DNA of 64,000 bases from Octopus bimaculoides (lineage: Eukaryota): positions 24,529,963 through 24,593,962 of the forward strand of contig NC_068998.1 in assembly GCF_001194135.2 (NCBI RefSeq). The letters are read 5' to 3'. Shown one piece after another: positions 26,092-36,280 of this stretch. Each line of letters begins with the position of its first letter. Position 1 is the stretch's first letter. The translations under genes were made by a program, and so were the position numbers. A model generated the notes under the pieces. It had not been told where the DNA came from. It did no database searches and worked only from the letters and a program-made list of their open reading frames with translations.

Positions 26092-26722
26092 GAAAAGCTG
26101 AACATTAGAAGCATCAGTTGTGGCGTGCAAGAGAGACGATTGCGCTGGTATGGACATGTGGTGAGAATGGAGGAGGATAGCTGCGTGAAAAAGTGCCACA
26201 CCCTAACAGTTGAGGGAACCCGTGGAAGAGGTAGGCCCAGGAAGACCTGGGCTGAGGTGGTGAGGCAAGACCTTCGTACATTGGGCCTCACCGAGGCGAT
26301 GACTACGGACCGAGACCTTTGGAAATGGGCTGTGCGTGAGAAGACCCGGCAAGCCAAGTAAGNNNNNNNNNNNNNNNNNNNNNNNNNNNCACCATTTTGA
26401 GCGTGGCCGTTGCCAGTACCGCCTGACTGGCTCCTGTAGGATTTTCGAGCGAGATCGTTGCCAGTGCCCCTGGACTGGCTTGTGCGGGTGGCACATAAAA
26501 GACACCATTTCGAGCGTGGCCGTTTTCGTGCGGGTGACACGTAAAAGCACCCACTACACTCTCTGAGTGGTTGGCGTTAGGAAGGGCATCCAGCTGTAGA
26601 AACTCTGCCAAATCAGACTGGAGCCTGGTGTTGCCATCCGGTTTCACCAGTCCTCAGTCAAATCGTCCAACCCATGCTAGCATGGAAAGCGGACGTTAAA
26701 CGATGATGATGATGATGATGAT
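26091..26722 (+). mobile_element. RTE-clade LINE 3' end (end of ORF2, 3'UTR, (GAT)n tail)
   Basis: ERRLRWYGHVVRM...GTRGRGRPRKTW...DRDLW; tail gatgatgat. Confidence 0.9.
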
Positions 26723-27065
26723 ACACACACCTATATGTATACATACAAATAATTTTAATGTTGAGGTTGCTTTTGTTCAGTGACATATCTTTCTAGGGAT
26801 TTTGGTGGGGTTTCTTTATTTAATTTTATTCTTGTTATTTTGTGAAGAAACCTAACTTAAAGCAACTTTTTACTGATCAATTTTTAAACTCTATGTTCTA
26901 AGACTGGGAAAAGTAAGTAGGGGTGCAATATTGAATTTTGTAACCTCCCACAAAATTTTAGGGGAGTGTAAGTGCACCCACTACACCCCCTGTTCCCGGG
27001 CCCTCATATGCACACACATGTGAACACATGCAAATATAGATATGAAACTTACATATACAAATATA

Positions 27066-27271
27066 CAAGGTGGGCCAAAAGTCAGACACAAAATAAGTTT
27101 AATACTGTCCAGAATGTTTCAAAGACACACGTTAATTTTTCTAAAATCGCATAGAGTAAATAAAAGCAATGATACATACACACATACTTATACATGAAAA
27201 ACAAAAGAAATAATAATAACAATAAAAATAAAATGTCAAATGTTTTGGTGCGTAACTTTTGGCCTGCCCTG
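27066..27271. mobile_element. Tc1/mariner MITE
   Basis: TIRs CAAGGTGGGCCAAAAGT and ACTTTTGGCCTGCCCTG, TA on both flanks. Confidence 0.75.
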
Positions 27272-27976
27272 TATACACAGATAACAATAGTTGTATTGAG
27301 CACTTTTGTGTCTATCTACTTCAGAATTCATTTTCTTAATGCATTTTGACGAAATAATTATTTTCACACCTCCAAATATTGATTTTTCCCCTAACTTACC
27401 ATTGTAATCTTCTGGGATATATACCCCTGATTATAGATAGGTTGTTCAGTAAATTTAAATATCTTGGTGCTTGACTGTTGCTAGTAGACTTCATTTGAAT
27501 AAACTCCTGATTATGTTATTCATTTATGACCTACAACACATCTGGTTGGGCTGCTTGCAGGGCCAGTTTGGTTACAGAAGCACTGTTCAGTGTCCTAGGG
27601 GTATTACAATTTATATTGATTTATCTATGCTCTGAAATATTTCTTTTTACTCTTGTATATAACAAAATTGTTTGTTTCATTGAGATGTACTGAGCTACTT
27701 TCGAAATGATTTTCTCATTATGCTTTGATGAACACATACAAAGAAAGTAAGGAAGAGAATGAATGAATGAATGANNNNNNNNNNAAGGAAGGAAGGAAGG
27801 ATAGATGGATGGATGGATGGGTAGATGGATGGATGAATTTGATTATGCAGTGTCATGGCAATACCAATAGTCAGATTTTAGGACTTAGTATACTTATATT
27901 CCATATTATTAAGTGAGGAAGATGTGATTTGTCTGAAACTCTCCACTCTAGGCACTTATATGAAGAAGCGGATATC

Positions 27977-28654
27977 TCTGAATTGACGGGCACCACTTTT
28001 CATTTATGTTTATATATAGTGTTTTTGGTACCGAAACACTTTCAAACTGCGTATACTTGTGTTATAGAAAAGATAAAAATTTTTGTATTTGAAGTTATTT
28101 CATGTAAAAAATTGTCGTATTTCGGTAATTTCAACCAATAACTGACGTCTATTGAGGTGAAAACAATTACTGCTGTGAATTGTGAACACCACACGTTGTG
28201 CAGTGTAATGGGATCTTTTCTCTTAAATAAAATTAGTGCCGTTGTTTGTCAACAACAACTATCAGCGGTACTGTTATTCATAACATTGTTCATGCGTTTG
28301 TACTGGATTTAGCTTTAGGGTTTTAGGGTTAGGGTTCGGGTTTTAGAGTTAGGGTGAGGGTTATGATAATCTTTGCCATAACCTAACTCATAACCCTAAC
28401 CCTAGAGAATAACGATCTTGACACCGGAAAAAATTATTGTTTACAAAAACAGCAGTAACTGTATTCAGCTGAATAGACGTCAGAGATTGATTGAAATTAC
28501 AGAAATACGACAATTTTAACATGAAATAACTTGCAATGTATAAATATTTGTTAAGAAGGGTAAGAGAAAAAGATGTTTTATATGACACATTCTACCAGTA
28601 TTCCAAGTTTGAAAGTGTTTCGATAAAAGAACAAGTGGTGCCCGTCAATTCAGA
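27977..28654. mobile_element. Foldback/MITE-like element with internal telomere-like repeats
   Basis: 22-bp perfect inverted ends (27977-27998 and 28633-28654), further inverted blocks inside, TTAGGG and CCCTAA variants in the middle. Confidence 0.7.
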
Positions 28655-28975
28655 AGAGTGTATTATTAATTCATATGTAAATGGAAAAAGAACAGGAGCT
28701 ATAGTGATACTTTTATTGGCTTACAGCTGTTTCTGTCATAAGAAACTATGCATCCAGATTTGAGCAGATGTATGACAGCTTATACTTTACTGAGAGCAAT
28801 TCCAGTTTATAAAGCTTATCAATAAGTGTCATTGATGGAAGATAATGTCTTTATGAGCAGGTCGATTCTCTAGGTTTTATTCCTGTATTCAGATTCTGCC
28901 TGATAATTTATGTTATGCATACAAAAGAAATCAATATTGATAAAAAAAAACATTGCATTGTAAATTGCGTATGTG

Positions 28976-29134
28976 TGCGGGAGTGGGTGTGTGGTAAGAA
29001 GCTTGCTTCCAAACCACATGTTTGTAGGTTCAGTCCGATTGTGTAGCTTCATGGGCAAGTATCTTCTACTGTTGCCTCAGGCCGACCAAAGCTTTGTGAG
29101 TGGATTTGGTAGACGGAAACTGAAAGAAGCCTGT

Positions 29135-29184
<50 letters not shown>

Positions 29185-29386
29185 AGTATTTGTGTGTTTG
29201 TGTTTGTCCCCCCACCATCGCTTAATGTTGGCGTGTTTACATCCCTGTAACTAAGTGGTTCGTCAAAAGAGACCAATACAATAAGTACTAGGCTTACAAA
29301 GGACAAGTCCTGGGATCAATTTGTTTGACTAAAAGGAAGTGCTCTGGTATGGCTGCAGTCAAATGACTGAAACATGTAAAAGAATA
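28976..29386 (+). mobile_element. SINE family A
   Basis: Colinear homology to 8775-9206. Confidence 0.85.
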
Positions 29387-29690
29387 TACAAGTGTACACA
29401 TATGTATAAATATATATGCGCAGTTCATACATATATATACAATAAAAGTAGAAATTTATATTAATCAATTAAAACCAGTGGTCTAGCATATTTTTAAAAT
29501 CCGAAGATTTAAATTATATTACATACAAAATAGAAGGAATGACCAGCAAAAGTGGACTCCTATATGCTAAAAATAGATGCCGAATCATCTAACCAACGAA
29601 GAATATGTTCTCAGTAAAAATTTCAGCGAGACAACAGACTGTAAAAGGGCAAGACAAAGGAAAAAATACTAAATAAAAGAAACGATTAAC

Positions 29691-29755
29691 CTACGTACCA
29701 TGGTTTCACCTGTTAATACTTGCACAAGCAAATATCTGCAGGATCATCAGCGTAG
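29691..29755 (-). ncRNA. Type I hammerhead ribozyme motif, inverted copy of the 520-bp array
   Basis: Reverse complement reads CTACG CTGATGA T CCTG...CAGG T GAAA CCATGG TA CGTAG, identical to the 30078 copy. Confidence 0.78.
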
Positions 29756-30077
29756 TCTCTCGATTTATAAAATATGATTTCCAGAACTAGACACAGAACG
29801 GTCACCCGAAAGGGAACACGTGTAGAGTTCTACAAATTATATTCAGTGTATCCTTTCAAATGTCTTCAATCTGGTGTGCTGAGTCCGGAAATAACTCTGC
29901 AGTTAATAAATTTCTGCAGCTAATTTACCGGTTTGAGAACATCATTATTTAAAATTGAATAATAAGGGTAGAAATTGATATTAATGAATTAAAACCAGTG
30001 GTTTAGCATATTTTAAAAAATCCGAAGATTAAAATTATATAAAATTATATCAAAATTATATTTTATAAACCGACAGA

Positions 30078-30142
30078 CTACGCTGATGATCCTGCAGATA
30101 TTTGCTTGTGCAAGTATTAACAGGTGAAACCATGGTACGTAG
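30078..30142 (+). ncRNA. Type I hammerhead ribozyme motif, copy 1 of the 520-bp array
   Basis: Stem I CUACG/CGUAG; core CUGAUGA 30083-30089; stem II CCUG/CAGG extended by AUAUUUGC/GCAAGUAU; GAAA 30126-30129; palindromic stem III ACCAUGGU; GUA cleavage triplet (after A30137). Confidence 0.8.
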
Positions 30143-30597
30143 GTTAATCGTTTTTTTATTTAGTATTTTTTCCTTTGTCTTGCCCTTTTACAGTCTGTTG
30201 TCTCGGTGAAATTTTTACTGAGAAAATATTCATCGTTGATTAGATGATTCGGCATCTATTTCTAGCATATAGGAGTCCACTTTTGCTTGTCATTCCTCTT
30301 ATTTTGTATGTAATATAGTTTTAATCTTCGGATTTTTTAAAATATGCTAGACCACTGGTTTTGATAGATTAATATCAATTTCTGCCCTTATTATTAAATT
30401 TTAAATAATGATGTTCTCAAACCGGTAAATTAGCTGCAAAATTTTATTAACTGCAGAGTTATTTTCGAATTCAGCTCACCAGATTGAAGACATTTGAAAG
30501 GATACACTGAATGTAACTTGTAGAACTCTACACGTGTTCCCTTTCGGGTGAACGTTCTGTGTCTAGTTCTGAAAATCATATTTTATAAATCGACAGA

Positions 30598-30662
30598 CTA
30601 CGCTGATGATCCTGCAGATATTTGCTTGTGCAGGTATTAACAAGTGAAACCATGGTACGTAG
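30598..30662 (+). ncRNA. Type I hammerhead ribozyme motif, copy 2 of the 520-bp array
   Basis: Same core exactly 520 nt downstream of copy 1; one stem II mismatch (CAAG at 30641-30644); predicted cleavage after A30657. Confidence 0.72.
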
Positions 30663-30753
30663 GTTAATCGTTTTTTTATTTAGAATTTTTTCATTTGTCT
30701 TGCCCTTTTACAGTGTGTTGTCTCGCTGAAATTTTTACTGAGAACATATATAT

Positions 30754-30806
<53 letters not shown>

Positions 30807-31779
30807 NNNNNNNNNNNNNNNNNNNNNNNNNNNNNNNNNNNNNNNNNNNNNNNNNNNNNNNNNNNNNNNNNNNNNNNNNNNNNNNNNNNNNNNNNNNNNN
30901 NNNNNNNNNNNNNNNNNNNNNNNNNNNNNNNNNNNNNNNNNNNNNNNNNNNNNNNNNNNNNNNNNNNNNNNNNNNNNNNNNNNNNNNNNNNNNNNNNNNN
31001 NNNNNNNNNNNNNNNNNNNNNNNNNNNNNNNNNNNNNNNNNNNNNNNNNNNNNNNNNNNNNNNNNNNNNNNNNNNNNNNNNNNNNNNNNNNNNNNNNNNN
31101 NNNNNNNNNNNNNNNNNNNNNNNNNNNNNNNNNNNNNNNNNNNNNNNNNNNNNNNNNNNNNNNNNNNNNNNNNNNNNNNNNNNNNNNNNNNNNNNNNNNN
31201 NNNNNNNNNNNNNNNNNNNNNNNNNNNNNNNNNNNNNNNNNNNNNNNNNNNNNNNNNNNNNNNNNNNNNNNNNNNNNNNNNNNNNNNNNNNNNNNNNNNN
31301 NNNNNNNNNNNNNNNNNNNNNNNNNNNNNNNNNNNNNNNNNNNNNNNNNNNNNNNNNNNNNNNNNNNNNNNNNNNNNNNNNNNNNNNNNNNNNNNNNNNN
31401 NNNNNNNNNNNNNNNNNNNNNNNNNNNNNNNNNNNNNNNNNNNNNNNNNNNNNNNNNNNNNNNNNNNNNNNNNNNNNNNNNNNNNNNNNNNNNNNNNNNN
31501 NNNNNNNNNNNNNNNNNNNNNNNNNNNNNNNNNNNNNNNNNNNNNNNNNNNNNNNNNNNNNNNNNNNNNNNNNNNNNNNNNNNNNNNNNNNNNNNNNNNN
31601 NNNNNNNNNNNNNNNNNNNNNNNNNNNNNNNNNNNNNNNNNNNNNNNNNNNNNNNNNNNNNNNNNNNNNNNNNNNNNNNNNNNNNNNNNNNNNNNNNNNN
31701 NNNNNNNNNNNNNNNNNNNNNNNNNNNNNNNNNNNNNNNNNNNNNNNNNNNNNNNNNNNNTATATATATATACATACAT

Positions 31780-31822
<43 letters not shown>

Positions 31823-33002
31823 CGTACACACACATATATATATATATATATACAGAGAGAGAGAGATAGAGAGCGATACGTACATAAATGCACGCAAATA
31901 CACGCACGCACACACACACACACACACTCACATTGAATATGAGCGACAGAAACATATATTTATATCAATGGAACGACTGTGACGAGGCTTATCATTTGTT
32001 CATAAGAAGCCATTTCAAGCTATAATATTCAAACTAAAGTAAAGTTTGCAACCTGAAGTCAAATTTCTTTCTCATGTAATTTAAGAAATTTTAGCAACAA
32101 AACAAATAACTTTCCAGTTAACAATTTATTGGGCTTCTTTAAAAGAACGACATAGAGCTCTATACGAATTCATTTAATTTGCTTTTATGAAGTTTTTGTT
32201 TGATGAAGTAGTTGTTGATTTTGCTGATGCTAAAGTTAGCATTCGAAAGTGAATTTTATGTTTCTGTACAATTACTGAGACTTTAATTAGTTAACTTGAG
32301 AGTCCGCACAATATGGACCAATTGATCACAGCGTGGCTGGTTATTCTAGAAAGGCCACAGTTTGCTGAGTAAAATAAATAATAATATATATGCTGTAGAT
32401 ATGTTTATATCATACATTTTAAACCAAAATTTAAACAGTGATGCTCATACAGTTTTACAAAATCTTATTTTTATTTTCTTGATATAGTTTAAACCGAGAG
32501 CTTACCTCGTTGAAGGAATCTAGAATGAAAGACGTTCATTATAGTTTCTAAACATGTAACCAAAATCAGTTTAGTATTTTGAAGGATGAGCAATTATCGC
32601 CCATATCGTCTTTAAATCTTATGTTAGAGAAGGTTGGTTGAATTGATATCGTTAATTAATAACTACGAGTAATATACTATCATCAATACTGTCAAGTCAT
32701 TATCTTAATTGAATACAAACTACTGTATAGTTTTCGAAGTAAAAATCACTATACGTATCTCTTACATTAAGTGTCATTGATCAGAGATAAACGTTTTGTA
32801 AGCCAGATCGATGATCTGTTTTGTTCACCTATCGAGTCACTGTCTTGTAATTTACATTTAGCATGCGGAAGAAATCAATATTCTAATACACAGATTTCGT
32901 TGATAATTCTAAGTACATTTGTGATCACACACATATATACTTGTGTGTGAGTATATTTGTGTGTATGTATATAAGTGCATGTGTACATATTGGATTGTTT
33001 TA

Positions 33003-33202
33003 TTACTCTTTTACTTGTTTCAGTCATTTGACTGTGGCCATGCTGGGGCACCGCCTTGAAGGGATTTAGTTGAGGAAATCGACTCCAAGATTTTTTTTAA
33101 CCCTTGTACTAATTCTATCGGTATCTTTTACTGAACAGCTAAGTTACTGGGACGTAAACAAACGAAGACCGGTTGTCAACCGACGGTGGGAGGACAAACG
33201 CA

Positions 33203-33274
<72 letters not shown>

Positions 33275-33368
33275 TTTCTTTCAGTTTCCACCTAGCAAAT
33301 CACCTTACAAGGTTTTGGCCGGCATGAGGCTATAGTTGAAGACATTTGCTGTGTTCCGAACCCGGAAC
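33003..33368 (-). mobile_element. SINE family A, 5'-truncated
   Basis: Homology to 15785-16199 with an expanded (CA)n. Confidence 0.8.
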
Positions 33369-33399
33369 ACAGCTTTGTCATACATGAAAATCAACACAC

Positions 33400-34190
33400 T
33401 GATAGCAGACCTAGGATAATGAACAACGTGTCCCTTCTATGCGAACCCTATAAAACAAAGAAACATTTACAGAACTTCATGCACCGCATGCAGTTCTCAA
33501 GATATGGCCAGAAAGATAGGGTTCAGGTATACAGGGGGGCTAGAAAGAAATTAGATAACATTGTATGTAATGAAACCAGTGGTACCTACCCTACGTACAG
33601 AAGTAAAGACTGGAATAGGATACAGAGAGTTTGTGACAAAGCAAACAAGGTGACAAGACCGACACATATCAAACAGCGATGTTTGTAGCGGTCACAGCTC
33701 ATAGAGAACTATCCCGAAGATTTAGGAAAGATCTGAAGGAGGGCAAACTCAACATTAAGACCGTTGAAAAACCAGGGAGCTCCGTCAAACCACAACTGTG
33801 TAGGACGTACCACTTTGAGAAAACTATCTGCACCAATGATGACTGCATGGTATGTAAGATTAACTCTGGCATTAACTGTAGAACTAGTAATGTAGTCAAC
33901 AGCATAAGGTGCATAGAAGGTACTGGTAAAGACAGGAACATGGTATACATGGGTGAGATATCTAGAAGCCTTGTGGAGAGACTTAATAGACATTTAGATA
34001 ATATGACGACAAAAACAGTCCACCATACTCTACCAACATGCCAAAGACCAATATGGAGGCACACCGGGTCAACTTGACATCCGCATTTTATCCAAGCACC
34101 CGAAGGACCCAACACTCAGACAAGAACAAGAGTACGTTCTTATAAATGAAATATCCCTACAACTAAATAGGAAATATGCGTAGAATGTAG
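33400..34190 (+). mobile_element. Decayed Penelope-like element, C-terminal RT thumb and GIY-YIG endonuclease
   Basis: CTNDDCMVC...CRTSNVVNSIRC...VYMGEISRSLVERLNRH matches the PLE C-C-C and GIY-YIG pattern. Confidence 0.8.
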
Positions 34191-34254
34191 TCATACCTCA
34201 ATACCCACAGTTTATACATACACATGTAGAGTTGTTGTAGGCTGTTATGTAGAC

Positions 34255-34298
<44 letters not shown>

Positions 34299-34557
34299 GT
34301 AAACAGATAGATAAATAGGTAAGTGCATAGGTAATGGGGATAGAAAAGCACACACACACACACACGCATACATACACAAATGGAGATTGAAATACGTGAC
34401 CATATACATATAGAACACTGGTATATGCACACACAAAGAGAGAGAAACACACAAATATACACATAAATACACATACATACATACATATGTATATACACAT
34501 GCACACTGAGGTACACACGTGCGCACTAATAAACAAACAAAAAAGAACGCAGCCCTG

Positions 34558-34850
34558 ACAACGGACAGTCAACAAGTATTGAAGAGGTTGCAAGACGCAA
34601 CGAAAATTTTAGAAAAAATAAATAAGTNNNNNNNNNNCAACGGACAGTCAACAAGTATTGAAGAGGTTGCAAGACGCAACGAAAATTTTAGAAAAAATAA
34701 ATAAGTAAATGAGTGGAAATCGAACCGGTGTGTGTGTTAAGTAATCAGGCACTAAAAGAGAATGACTCTCCCTAGACAATAAAATATGCTTCAACACACG
34801 AATTCACATTAACAATCCTACAAACCAAATACAAAATCGAAATATATTTA
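34558..34850 (+). repeat. PLE terminal-repeat-like sequence with a hammerhead-like core (TTGAAGA G GTTGC..GCAAC GAAA)
   Basis: Homologous to 3095-3495; perfect 5-bp stem II; partly duplicated across a 10-N gap. Confidence 0.55.
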
Positions 34851-34929
34851 TACATACATGCGTACACACACACATATAGAAAGATAGGAAGTGACGTCAT
34901 CATCAACCGCCTGCAGCTGTTGTTCGGAG

Positions 34930-35060
34930 TCACTTTCAGTGCCTTCAGTGTTACAGAATGTCCATTTCTCGTATCGGTCTCGTCAGCCACGTCCGCTCTT
35001 ATGATAAACAATGTGCTGGAGGGGCGGAATGTCTTGGATCAACAATGTCATCCCCGTTGA
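34930..35060 (+). mobile_element. RTE-like LINE ORF2 C-terminal zinc-knuckle fragment
   Basis: FQCLQCYRMSISRIGLVSHVRS matches CxxCxRxxxSRIGLxSHxR. Confidence 0.7.
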
Positions 35061-36134
35061 TATTATAAGCATATATAAAGCAGATACAAATAACAAGAAA
35101 CCCCCCACCCACCCCAAAACCTGACTCGTACATTTTTGACGAGATCTATTAGGATAAAAGCCGGGCCGGCCCTGGATAAAAAGCAAAGTTTACCTTCATT
35201 GGGTTTGAAATCAGAATGTAAGTGTAATGCGTTGCATCGGATGCCTTAACGAATCTGCCAATTAATCGCCATAATCTTGAATGAGATTAAATTGATATGT
35301 CTTCTAAGTAGGCGAGCAGCTAGTAGGAGAAACATCGCTGTATCGTTCAATTAACTCAGGTATTTATGAATGTATGAATTTCCATACATGTGAAATAGTA
35401 TTGTCAGTGATAGCCAGACATTTCATGAATTAATGATTTTGCAGTGGTCTGTCACTTACTATAAGCTTATGTAACTTGTTGCCGTCAATTTCTCCGTCAT
35501 TATGCCATTATTAAGTCAGTCAACGTTTTATATCTCTTCCTATCTCTCTTTCTATGTTTCTTTACATCTCTGTTTCTCTATTTCATTCATTCCTCCATCA
35601 GTCTGTCTACATTTTTCTGTCTATTCCGTTCCTTTTCTTATTCAAATACAGCTCGAGGTAACGTCGTTGCTCGCCGGCAAGAAATAATCGTCAAATCTCT
35701 TTTAAAGCACTTTGAAAAATTCATTACAAGTTGAACATTTAACGAGAAAAAAGATAGAATAGTTATGGCTGTTATACTTTTGATCTTGTATCTGTTCGTT
35801 CACAATTTACTTAATCTTTGCAACCAAGAGGTCATGTCTTCACACGATTGCTGTTGTCTTACCATAGGAACCTCTTTGGATCTCCCTTCTTTCACCTCCA
35901 AAGACGGAAGATGATGTAATAATTTTATTTTAGCACGTGGCCAACAGTTTTAAAGCGCAAAGGTTAGTCGATGCCACCAACTCCTGCTGGTGATTTGAAA
36001 TCAGAAAGAAAATAACCGGAATAAATACCTGTAAGCATTTTGTCTTAGACTAGTCATTCTGTTAATCTAGCCTTTCCTCGGAGTAATTACGACAATAAAT
36101 ACAAGAAAAACTGCGTTAGATTCTGTTAATACAT

Positions 36135-36280
36135 TGCCAAAACTCATTTCAAAAAACATAGGCAAAACTTCGAATTTGAGTGGAGAGGAACAGTCGATTA
36201 TTATATGATATATAATAATCGACTGTTCCTCTCCGCTCAAATTCGAAGTATTGTCTATGTATTTGAAATGAGTTTTGGCA
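36135..36280. repeat. Near-perfect 72-bp hairpin with a 3-nt loop
   Basis: Arms 36135-36206 and 36210-36280, about 4-5 differences. Confidence 0.9.

Larger units (their letters stand above)
29448..30746. mobile_element. Retrozyme- or Penelope-pLTR-like array of a 520-bp unit: about 1.15 units on the minus strand, then about 1.3 units on the plus strand
   Basis: Period of 520 on both sides (gtagaaatt at 29448 and 29968; cgacagacta at 30071 and 30591); inversion junction near 30049-30060; no ORF; ends at a microsatellite and N-gap. Confidence 0.75.

Noticed and set aside
27525-27690. Frame MTYNTSGWAACRASLVTEALFSVLG as a next exon
   Set aside because: No in-frame acceptor after the upstream stop and no recognisable homology
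34558-34706. Apparent tandem duplication across a 10-N gap (also 60860-61000)
   Set aside because: Identical sequence on both sides of a minimal gap is typical of unmerged contig overlap
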